64,000 nucleotides of DNA from the NCBI RefSeq assembly GCF_001194135.2, contig NC_069002.1, positions 34,519,586 through 34,583,585 of the forward strand. The letters are read 5' to 3'. Below the pieces are notes generated by a model, which ran no database searches, was not told the origin of the DNA, and saw only the letters and a program-made list of their open reading frames with translations. The position numbers and the translations under genes were made by a program. Shown piece after piece: positions 52,876-64,000 of the stretch. Source of the stretch: Octopus bimaculoides (lineage: Eukaryota). The stretch's first letter is position 1. The number at the start of each line of letters is the position of its first letter.

Positions 52876-53028
52876 GGGGGAGAAGGAGGAGAAGGAGGAG
52901 AAGGAGGAGGAGAAGGAGGAGGAGAAGGAGGAGGAGAAGGAGGAGGAGAAGGAGGAGGAGAAGGAGGAGGAGAAGGAGGAGGAGAAGGACGAGCAGCAGA
53001 AGTAGTAGAATTAGTAGAAGTGGTAGTG

Positions 53029-53061
<33 letters not shown>

Positions 53062-53084
53062 ACAGAAGCAGCAGCAGCAGTAGC

Positions 53085-53125
<41 letters not shown>
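52876..53125. repeat. (GAGAAGGAG)n followed by (AGT/AGC)n
   Basis: Direct reading. Confidence 0.9.
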
Positions 53126-53358
53126 TAGTTGTTGCTGTTGTTCTTGTTGCAGTTGTATATTAAACTCACTGTAATTTCCATTCTCTTTTGTGTTTTTTTT
53201 TGTTTTGTTTTTTTGTCAACTTATACATTTAGCACCTGATACCATTCTGCAAATTATCTATTTTTAAGATTTGAGAACGTTGAAATTAATTACATGCTAA
53301 TATTATTCATTAAATTAATATTGTTTAAAATGATTGCTCGGCGGTTTGCAATACAATT

Positions 53359-53408
<50 letters not shown>

Positions 53409-53479
53409 ACATTATTATAACCATTAATAATAATGAAGATTAATATAATAAGGAATCCATACGAGTATTATAATTGTTG

Positions 53480-53693
53480 ATGGCGGTGAGCTGGTAGAAT
53501 CGTTTTGCACATTTTGCAAAATACTTAACAGCATTTCGTCCATCACTACGTTCTGAATTCAAATTCTGTCGAGGTCGACTTTGCCTTTTAACCTTTCATT
53601 TCCATAAAAATAAGTACTAGTTGAATACTGGAGTCGATCTATTCGAATTATCCCCTGCCGCGAAATAGCTGCCCTTGTGCCAAAGTGTGAACC
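53480..53693 (+). mobile_element. SINE family 1, full length
   Basis: ggcggtgagctggtagaatcgtt..ttctgaattcaaattctgtcgaggtcgactttgcc..ccttgtgccaaagtgtgaacc. Confidence 0.88.
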
Positions 53694-54129
53694 CACTAAT
53701 ATTATTGATGGCTGTTATTATTGTCCACATTTTAATCATCATCTTCGTGATCTTCATTACTCTTTCTATTGGTGCTGTTTCTGTGTTTGTCGTTGTTGTT
53801 ATCCGTACTATGTGTAAAATGTTAAATCGGAGATGATTCACCGATCACTTCAGTGAGGTCCTTAGCAATCTCGATATACTAAAATAAGCCTATATTTATT
53901 CTTTCTTTCTCTTGTGCTGAATCTGATTTTACTTATGGGGGACTAGCAAACAGTTTAATTCCGCGAATTATTGCTATGCACCCATTTAGCTGCTATGTTA
54001 AGCATTTTCATAATACATAAGTTGGCGATGAATTCACATGAATTCATATGCGTTTTATATGAGATGTTCTCACAATATAATGGTTTAATTTTCCACAGTA
54101 TCTTATTCTGAATTTTGAAAATTCCTCGT

Positions 54130-54166
<37 letters not shown>

Positions 54167-54567
54167 TACACACATTTTTGAACTCCGATAATTCAGCGTC
54201 ATATAAACAAGTATGGTAATACCATTTTCTCTCTTTTGAAGAAGGTGCTTTCCAATTTATTTATAAAATTTCGTTCTAGCAAGTATATTTTTCAATATCT
54301 GAGGTTAACATTTGCTTTTGATGTTAATATTGATTTTCTAAAGCATTTCTCATTTTCCGATCATCATATACAATAAGAATATTTTCTTTCTAAAATTGTC
54401 AAATTGTTCGCTATTTGTAGGGATAAATTTATCTCGATTTTACGTTTTACTCTCCTTAGTTCGTGAATATTTATACATATTCCCATTTGAATTCGATTTC
54501 AAATTAGATTTAGAGTTAACATTAGTAGGAATGCTATTTGAACAGTTTTCTCTCTTTTGTCAATCAA

Positions 54568-54675
<108 letters not shown>

Positions 54676-55394
54676 TATTTGTTGAACGTATTTATCTTAG
54701 ACTTCCTGCTTTCATGTTAAATTTCACCAAAGAAATTTCATTCTGTATTCTTCTTTGTTGATCTTGGTGATCAAAGGAAACATCATTGGTCTTTTATTTA
54801 ACCGTAAGTCAAGTCTGATCTGATAGACATAAAACCACAAGCATTGTAGCCATAATCTTCATGACCACATTCTTAGGTAAACTGTACTTAAGACGAGATT
54901 AATATGTCCTTCAAATACCTCTATTTGGTAACATATGCTAAGGGAGAGCTTTTCCCTTTCACAAGAGTTGTAAAAACACAAAGAATAACATAACACCTCA
55001 TTAAGTCTCAATCGATTAATCTATACAGTTATACAGTAATACCAGTTATGAGCTCAAAAAAAATAGAAGCTTCACGTATCATTTGATGATTATATAATCC
55101 ATAATACTATAATACATGTACGTTGGAAACTATTGGATATATAATGTACCGAAGCAGGTAGGGAAAAATATTTTCACGACGCAGTGTTATTACAAAAGAC
55201 ACAATGCGCTACATCAATGGCTGTTTTATAACAATGAGTCAGTTCACATTTTTGTCATTTAAAGGGTGGTCGGAATCTTTCCACAACACTGAAGCAAGAG
55301 TTTTCTAAATAAACAAATGAATTTGTATATACTTATAGAGAGAACTTCAATAACACCAGATAATCACGGGGGAAATATAATTGGTAACACTACG

Positions 55395-55570
55395 AAAAAG
55401 TATTAGTGGCATGTCTGTCTATACTACGTGCTGAGTTCCAAATCCGCTGATGTCGACTTTACCTTTTGTCCCCTTGGTGTCGATAAAATAAGTACCAGCT
55501 GACTACTGAGGTCAATCTAATCGATTTCCAACCTCACCCGAAATTGCAGGCTGTGTGCCAGAATCTGAAA
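55395..55570 (+). mobile_element. SINE family 1, 5'-truncated
   Basis: tacgtgctgagttccaaatccgctgatgtcgactttacc..tcgataaaataagtaccagctg..gtgtgccagaatctgaaa. Confidence 0.85.
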
Positions 55571-55806
55571 GCAATAATACAGAAATGTGTAGAAAACGAT
55601 GTAAATGCATATTATATAATGATATTTAAACAATGAAGTCATAGAAAAAGTTCCAAAAAAAAAGAGATTCATGACTTTGTCTGATCTGTAAATCCATACA
55701 CTTAAGGAAAAATATTGCTGAGTACAGGTGTCAGAGTGCATACGTATATATACATAAATAAATAAATAAATAAATAAATAAGTATATAAATATGCATATA
55801 TATATA

Positions 55807-55854
<48 letters not shown>

Positions 55855-55924
55855 TTTGTGTGTACAGTGAGAGAGACATACACACACATGCACGTATATN
55901 NNNNNNNNNNNNNNNNNNNNNNNN

Positions 55925-55979
<55 letters not shown>

Positions 55980-57349
55980 TGTGTGTGTGTCTGCGTGTGT
56001 ATAAAATTATCATATTATATGAAACACAATCTTTAAATCCTCTCTTAATTTTCTTGTAACACTCCGTCTGTTCGTACAATATTTTTGATTCCTGATGTTC
56101 TGTGCCACTCAAGAGATAAGAAGTGAATAATTACTGTTTTCCCCGCGGAAAATTTATCTATTTTGCAAGGTAATTTCTTCAATAATTCTGATAATACAAA
56201 CCTTGTTTCTACATCTGTATGTGAATGCCGATGTACATATGCATAGTTTGTATCTACGTATGTATGTATGTAAGCATGCATGTGTGTATACATGGATGTA
56301 TATCTGTATGCATGTAAGAACGTACTTATCTATTTCTCTCTCCCTATCTATTTTATATATAATTCTATATATAATGTATAAGTATATACGCACACATATA
56401 TAAATATACTTAAATATATACTCACTCATAAACGCACAAATATTTATATAGATATGTGTATACACATACATATTTATATATATATATATATATGTCTGCA
56501 TATATGTATATATACACGCACGCTCACACAGACACACACACACATATGTATATATATATATATATATNNNNNNNNNNNNNNNNNNNNNNNNNNNNNNNNN
56601 NNNNNNNNNNNNNNNNNNNNNNNNNNNNNNNNNNNNNNNNNNNNNNNNNNNNNNNNNNNNNNNNNNNNNNNNNNNNNNNNNNNNNNNNNNNNNNNNNNNN
56701 NNNNNNNNNNNNNNNNNNNNNNNNNNNNNNNNNNNNNNNNNNNNNNNNNNNNNNNNNNNNNNNNNNNNNNNNNNNNNNNNNNNNNNNNNNNNNNNNNNNN
56801 NNNNNNNNNNNNNNNNNNNNNNNNNNNNNNNNNNNNNNNNNNNNNNNNNNNNNNNNNNNNNNNNNNNNNNNNNNNNNNNNNNNNNNNNNNNNNNNNNNNN
56901 NNNNNNNNNNNNNNNNNNNNNNNNNNNNNNNNNNNNNNNNNNNNNNNNNNNNNNNNNNNNNNNNNNNNNNNNNNNNNNNNNNNNNNNNNNNNNNNNNNNN
57001 NNNNNNNNNNNNNNNNNNNNNNNNNNNNNNNNNNNNNNNATATCATGAATTGTATAGATATCTATTTATACATCCATAGGTGAATTATATATTACAAAAT
57101 TATTCTGACGGCAGCTAATTTTTATAACAAATGTTTTAATATTTTATATTTTTCTGAGTGTGTGTATGTGTGTGTTTACGTGTGAGTGTATGTATGAATG
57201 TGTATTTATGCGTGTGTCTGTGTGTCTGTGTTTATACATATGCAAGACGGTACATTTTTCTCTATTTGTTTCCTTAAGGCAATTAATGATATTATTCTTA
57301 TCAGCGTTGTAATTGATGTTATTGTTAACAATTTTCAATTTTTTTCTGC

Positions 57350-57655
57350 TGTAATTATCATTACCACCAACGTAATCTTCCTTCTCGTCGTTAACGCCGT
57401 CGTCACCACACTCATCATCATCATCATCATCGTCGTCGTAGTCGTCGTTGTCAGCATCATCAACATCCTCATCATCATCATCCTCATCATCATCATCATC
57501 ATCATCATCATCTCTATCGTCATTATAATCTTCGACATCATCGTTATTGTCGTGGACATCATCTTCCTCATCATCATCACCATCATCATCATTATAACCA
57601 TCATCATCAGCAGCAGCAGCAGCGGAAGCAGCCGCACAGCAGCAGCAGGAGCATC

Positions 57656-57687
<32 letters not shown>

Positions 57688-57712
57688 CATCATCATCCTC
57701 ATCATCATCATC

Positions 57713-57744
<32 letters not shown>

Positions 57745-57762
57745 CATCATCATCATAATCAC
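57350..57762. repeat. (CAT)n-rich trinucleotide array
   Basis: Direct reading; source of the poly-I/S/M ORFs. Confidence 0.92.
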
Positions 57763-58207
57763 CATCCTGATATTATTGGTGATCCTAGTGATAGACCGTA
57801 TTCAACTACTGTTTTGGAGCTTTCTCCCCCCCCCTCCCCCGTAATCTTCTTCCACTGCTCCAGAAAATTAAAGCGTGAAGGATTAGACGTGCTCCAGCTT
57901 AGGCGCGACAATTCGTTGATCTAACACTGACGAAAATAAATCGAATCAGTTGTTATGCCTCTAAACCCTTTCCTGGTGCGGAAGAAGCTACAAATGAGGG
58001 TCCGAATGAAGTAGCCATTTATATTGAACGCGGTGTACGACTTGTAGTCCTATAATCCATTGGGAAGTTACAAGATTCGACCACGGTTCATTAATGTCCA
58101 TCAATAAATGGTGTACGGCATTGTCTCCTCGCAAAACAGCAAAAACAAATCTGCAAAAACAAAGCAGCAAAAATCATTTAATAATATTTAGAAATGGTCA
58201 ATACACC

Positions 58208-58267
<60 letters not shown>

Positions 58268-58275
58268 TGGTAGTG

Positions 58276-58317
<42 letters not shown>

Positions 58318-58338
58318 TTGGTGGTAGTAGTAGTAGAG

Positions 58339-58375
<37 letters not shown>
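58208..58375. repeat. (AGT)n microsatellite
   Basis: Direct reading. Confidence 0.95.
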
Positions 58376-58376
<1 letters not shown>

Positions 58377-59755
58377 TGCTGTAGTCGCTTTTAGTTGTTG
58401 TGAATAGAACATGACACTGTTTTTGCAGCCGTTGTTGTTTTTGTTGTCTTGGCTCTTCTTTCTAGTATTGTTGCGTGTGTGTGTATGTGTTTTTTTTCTT
58501 TTTGTTTAGGTGTTATTGAATGTTGAGAATATTGTAACCTGTAATAATATTGATAAAATCAATACTGTTTGTTAAAGAAATAAATAATCAAACGAAAAAA
58601 AAAACATGCAACTATACTCAACAAATGAAATTTTTAAAAATATTTCACTTAATTAAAGATGACAGTTTTTTTGTTTGTTTGTTTTGTTTTTGTTGGATTT
58701 GTTTCCTTTACATTCCCAATCTCCCACAACATCTTACTCCTCCAACTCCTTCGACATACAATCAACCCCCTGCCGTTCTATACACAGTACTGTTTTTTTT
58801 GTTTTTTGTGTTTTTTTTCTTGAATCACAGAAACCTTTCATTGCAATCCTGTCGACACTGACAAATACTGCTTAGCATTAACGAAGCCGGATTTCTAATT
58901 AGCATTCTCATTGAAGAATAACATTAATGCAATCGCAGCGAAGATCATCTTTGGAGAAGGAAGAACTGCTCCAGCACCAGATTAAATGACCTCGTGTACA
59001 CAAAAGACAACTAAGAAAACCTCTATGTGGTCGTTAGAAATGCACATGAAATATCTTGTAAACACCCAGTATCGAATGCGGTCAATGACACGAATTACGT
59101 AGTTCTAAGAAAACTGTCATGAGATAAAGACGTATTGGTCATCGCTGGAAGGTCGTTTACCATTCCTCTCTTACATCTGGACTGAGCTGCTTAATCACAG
59201 ATCATCAATAGTTTCTCCATTCTTTTTTTTTTATTTTACTCCGCTTGATGCAACTCCAAGGATGTTTGTAAGAACCTTATTACAGCTCATTTAGAAATAA
59301 ATTTCCCAATGTTTAAATCCATGTTGCTTCTCTGTACACGTACACATCTGTAGTAGTACACAGACGTAACAACTGATCTCTTTAGAGATGAAAATAAGAG
59401 AAAGAGAAGGAAATGTAAAAAGAATAAAAATTATTATATATTTATTCTAAAATTCAAGTTTCTCATCTGGAAAATATGACTATCGTATAATATTCTTAAG
59501 ATCAAAGCACCGTCCTCTTTCATGGCGTATTCTCCTTCTCTTTTAATAAATGTATTGTATTTAGCCAGGAGTGTATGAAAAAGATAGATGTAAAGTATGG
59601 GTTTTATTTAGAATATATTCGTGACAAAATAAATAATAATCGTCCCGATTGGTTTTAATCCTGTTTTCGAATTTTATCTGCAAATGAATAAGCTATTTAC
59701 CTTTCAACAAAGATAATGCTTATAAGCCAATATCAATAATAGATTATACAAAGTG

Positions 59756-59793
<38 letters not shown>

Positions 59794-61515
59794 TACAAAC
59801 AGTATTAGTGCATAGTTGGCAGCAGAGTTCGATTATTTATTGAGGTGTTAAGAGTAATTAGTTTCAATGTTGTACTGCATTTGTGTACTGAGGTGAGGGG
59901 TTTGCATATGTCTACACACAGAGTTTAGGTGGAACTTTATATACTTTGTATTAGAAAACAGAAATATAACTCAATCGGTAGATTGCTTGATTAGTAAGTT
60001 ATTTAATATAATAAACTATTAGAATTAATTCCACTAATAATAATTATTCCCGCAATTGAAATATTTTGATTCTGTTTCGTTTTGTTTTTACCAGAATGTA
60101 TCTTCAATGTGATAATTCAATCTTACTCTGCTAGAAACAGTTGCTGCATCTCTTTCACAAAATCGCAACTTGTCTTTTATACATGGGAACAGACATGTAT
60201 ATCGAAAACAATCTCATCTTTATACAATCTATTTCGAAAAGCGACCAACGTAAGCACCCTTCATGATAAGCGTGCTGGAGCACTGGAAATATAGGACTAA
60301 CAGCAACCACAACAACTGAAAAAAGATATGTGATAGCTGTAAATGAATATGTGGAATTTTCGTAGTTAATGAATTATATTAACGCTACTTCTACAGTTTC
60401 TGGATTTTAATTTGAATATTCATTAACCAAAATTTATATTTAAACATATTATTTTAGGAATATTGTTATTCACAAGAAAATAATAGGTAACGAATCAATA
60501 ATTCATTGGATATTTTCTATCCCTTAAGGTGCTTTTTATAAAACCTCTGTTTAAATTCATATGTATTCATAATTTAAGAATATGAAGTGCAATCCTTAAT
60601 GAATGCTATGAAGATAATTACGTTATTTTTGTTACACGCCAGTGATGATATAATATGACTCTAATCAGCACTATTCGTCCAGAAGATCAACCGACATCAT
60701 TTCACTCATACTCGATGCTATCACTTTTTGCGTCTTTTCATTTTTTTTATGGCTTCTCTGATTTGGGAAGAAATATTTAGTTGAAGCAGTCGTTTATAAG
60801 AGGTTAACTATTGTTAACGTGTAATTAATATCATATCTACAGAAGCCGGGAAATGTCACAATTCATATATATATACATATTACAGCTTAATATATTGTAT
60901 TTGATTTATGTTGCTTTATGTCACGGATTCATTTCCATCCATAGCAGAGAGGGAAATGACTCCGTGAATGCAACATTTCAATGTGTCATTCATGTGTCAC
61001 GCAAGAATCTTATACACAAAGTCTTAGTGGTCTACCTGATATTCTTTTACTCTCTATCTATCTATCTATCTGTCCATCCGTCTGTCTGTCTATCTATTTA
61101 TCTATCTATATGTGTGTGTGTGTTTGTAATATATATAGGTATATATATATNNNNNNNNNNNNNNNNNNNNNNNNNNNNNNNNNNNNNNNNNNNNNNNNNN
61201 NNNNNNNNNNNNNNNNNNNNNNNNNNNNNNNNNNNNNNNNNNNNNNNNNNNNNNNNNNNNNNNNNNNNNNNNNNNNNNNNNNNNNNNNNNNNNNNNNNNN
61301 NNNNNNNNNNNNNNNNNNNNNNNNNNNNNNNNNNNNNNNNNNNNNNNNNNNNNNNNNNNNNNNNNNNNNNNNNNNNNNNNNNNNNNNNNNNNNNNNNNNN
61401 NNNNNNNNNNNNNNNNNNNNNNNNNNNNNNNNNNNNNNNNNNNNNNNNNNNNNNNNNNNNNNNNNNNNNNNNNNNNNNNNNNNNNNNNNNNNNNNNNNNN
61501 NNNNNNNNNNNNNNN

Positions 61516-61593
61516 AGGGATTGACAGTAACCTGCTTCTCCAACATACTGAGAATTCTCAGTATGTTGGAGAAGCAGGTTACTGTCAATCCCT
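61516..61593. repeat. Perfect 78-bp spacerless palindrome adjacent to an N-gap
   Basis: agggattgacagtaacctgcttctccaacatactgagaa|ttctcagtatgttggagaagcaggttactgtcaatccct; zero mismatches. Confidence 0.9.
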
Positions 61594-62573
61594 ATATATT
61601 TATGATTATAAATGATTTTACCGAAAAGGTTTTTTCATACTGAGCTACCCGGCAAAATTGTTAATTATTAATTTTATTACTAATTGACGATTCCCTGCCC
61701 TGCATATCTATATATATATATATATAACGGTTCTACGTCGTTGTGAATATTTTATGTAAAGTTTGTGATGTAAAGTCGATGTGAATTAGCAAATATTTAA
61801 ATTCGGTATAGAGAGTGAGCCATCGCTCCCTCACTAGCAAAATTAGATTCTAATCAAATATCATTTTCAATATATTATGACAATAATAACTACCTAACAA
61901 AAAATTTGGTGCCATGCCGCACTCCGCAAAAGTTAAATGGTGGATTTATCATATTTCGCAATTTTAAAATTTTGATCCAACTGAAACGGATTGTGACAAT
62001 ATAAGAAAGGAATAATTTCAATACTAAACAGTTCCTCTTTGTTTTTCATATCTCCGATCTGGATATCCTCGATATCAGTGAATGAATGCTGAGCCACTTA
62101 TCGCTTGTAAATGGATATCAGTGAACGCTAAACATCAATGGTTGACTAACATTATTGTTACTGATAGCCAACATAACTTGCTTTAAACAGTCACTCTTTA
62201 GGATGTTTTAATCGAAAATCACACCCCTTCTTAATAATATTCCTTGACATTCGATACATTTTACAAATCATTATTAATAATGCTATATACTCCGAAGGTG
62301 TCAATCGGTGGAATTTCATTTCGCTTATACAAACTCTCGTGACAATGGTAAATATATAATGTTTGTTAGTTAAGAAATCATAGGCTGATAAGTGACTATT
62401 TCATTCAAAATATGAATGAGAAGCGTCGCCCCAGCAGACGCTACGTAATACAAGAGTGTAAACACGGATTCATAGACGTAACAAATAATGAATATACTAT
62501 TAGTAATGTAAAGCCAATAATTCAGAGTAAGATATCAGGAAAACATTATTTGCTCTTAATATTATTGTTCCGT

Positions 62574-62922
62574 AAGGCGGTGAGTTGGCAGATACTTTTG
62601 CACGCTGGGCGAAATGCTTAGCGTTATTTCGCATGTCTTTAAGTTCTGAGTTCAAATTCCGCTGAGGTCGATTTTGCCTTTCATATTTCCGGAGTCAATA
62701 AATTAAGTACCTGTTGCGTACTGGAGTCGGTTTAATCGACTGGCTCCCTGCCCCGCACTTGTGCTTCGAGTAGAAAAGACTATTGCTGATCGGTAAGGCG
62801 GCGAGCTTCCAGAATCATTTGTACTCTGAGCAAAATGCTTAGCAGCTTTGCATCCCTCTGGGCTCAACATAACTGACAAACCCCCTCCTCGGAGATTGCT
62901 AACCTTGTGCTAAAGTTATAAC
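62574..62922 (+). mobile_element. Two tandem SINE family 1 copies (62574-62778 full; 62795-62922 internally deleted)
   Basis: aaggcggtgagttggcaga..gagtagaaaag; aaggcggcgagcttccagaatc..ccttgtgctaaag. Confidence 0.88.
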
Positions 62923-64000
62923 CAATATTACCGATCTGTCTTTAGTTAAAGGTTTCAGATCGGTATAATTTTACAATGTAATGAAAAAACAAATGATCTT
63001 TGGTATATAATTTTATTCTATCAATTTTGAAAATGTGATTTCAAATTGAAGTATTTCTCATTCTTTCCTTTCATTTGTCATTTATGAAAGAAATTGCCTA
63101 ACATAAACTAGATTTGATGTGTAACTGCATTCCATTCACAATGGGTGGTAGAGTAACATAACAGTAATATACAGAGGTAGATACCATCATCTCCTTCAGC
63201 TTATGAAACATGTGGCCCAGAGCATAAAGAAGAAATCGATAAGAAGCAACACGTAAATAAGATACCCGAGTGAGTAATAACTATTTACTGGTCACTAGTT
63301 TATAGCATAAAACAAAATAAAATGGCCACAAACAGCCAAACAAACCAGACAATTTCAGTGTTGATATTAAGTGATATAATACCATACAACACTTACGGAG
63401 AGATGCCTCGTAACAACCGCACTTTGAAACATATCTTCAACCTTCCTTTTATTATCTAATTCCCATGAAACACATTACAATTCCGTAAATGGTATTAATA
63501 CATTTTTAAGATTATAACACAAGACTCCATCTTTACAATAAAGCTCAGAGGACACACGGAACAACATAAACGCCATAAACGTTCAAATGACAAAGCTATC
63601 TGAAACTTTGTTGAACGTGTAGACGATATATTAGTTTTAACACACATTAAAAGACATATAAATTTCCTTATATTATATTTCCTTAACTGAATTCTACTTA
63701 GAAATATCGATGTTGAATAGTATTATTGATGAAATGGTGTTACTCACCAAATCTATTCCCTCTCACCATTTCCACCTCTCACACGAACACACAGATATAC
63801 ACGCATTTATGTCTCCACAAACTAATGAATATCTCTCTCGCTATCTCTTTCTGATTCTCTCTCTGCACTCCCTCTCTCTCCCACTTCTCACTATCTGCCT
63901 ATTTTCTATCTATCTGTCTATCTATCCATCTATCTATTTGTCTGTCTCTCCGTCTGTCTGACTCTCTGTCTGTCTGTCTATTTCTCCATGTGTGTGAATA

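Noticed and set aside
52502-53005. Single ORF joining the Cys-rich segment to an EEK repeat
   Set aside because: Frame across the 154-N gap is unknowable, and the EEK part is a simple 9-bp repeat
57920-57960. CTGACGA...GAAT-cagttg hammerhead-like motif
   Set aside because: No stem II, altered GAAA, and no compatible cleavage site or stem I geometry
61552-61557. EcoRI site at the centre of the perfect palindrome as evidence of a ligation artefact
   Set aside because: Any spacerless palindrome has a 6-bp palindrome at its centre, so this is not diagnostic

Overview
AT-rich eukaryotic draft-assembly DNA that is almost certainly intronic or intergenic. It has 18 N-gaps, nearly all flanked by (TA)n, (CT)n or (CA)n, and very dense di-, tri- and tetranucleotide microsatellites. 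The interspersed repeats look like those of coleoid cephalopods (Octopus); this taxon call is an inference from repeat style and composition, not a database result. No host protein-coding gene could be identified: most ORF-track entries are microsatellite or N-gap artefacts or chance-length ORFs. Supported content: about 20 copies of one ~210-bp SINE family, several other tRNA-derived or trinucleotide-tailed SINE-like repeats, and decayed fragments of a mariner transposase, a Penelope-like GIY-YIG endonuclease, a CR1-group LINE 3' end, two restriction-like-endonuclease (R4/Dong-type) LINEs and possibly a Gypsy protease. There is also a Tc1/mariner MITE with an internally amplified 85-bp unit. 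The most unusual signals are RNA-structural. A spacerless ~187-bp palindrome flanked by a 10-bp direct repeat has a hammerhead-ribozyme-like core in each arm (34333-34533). Two further Penelope-type hammerhead remnants, a SINE/LINE shared 3' stem-loop, SINE arrays with a recurrent breakpoint, and several fold-back or inverted-SINE structures were also found.
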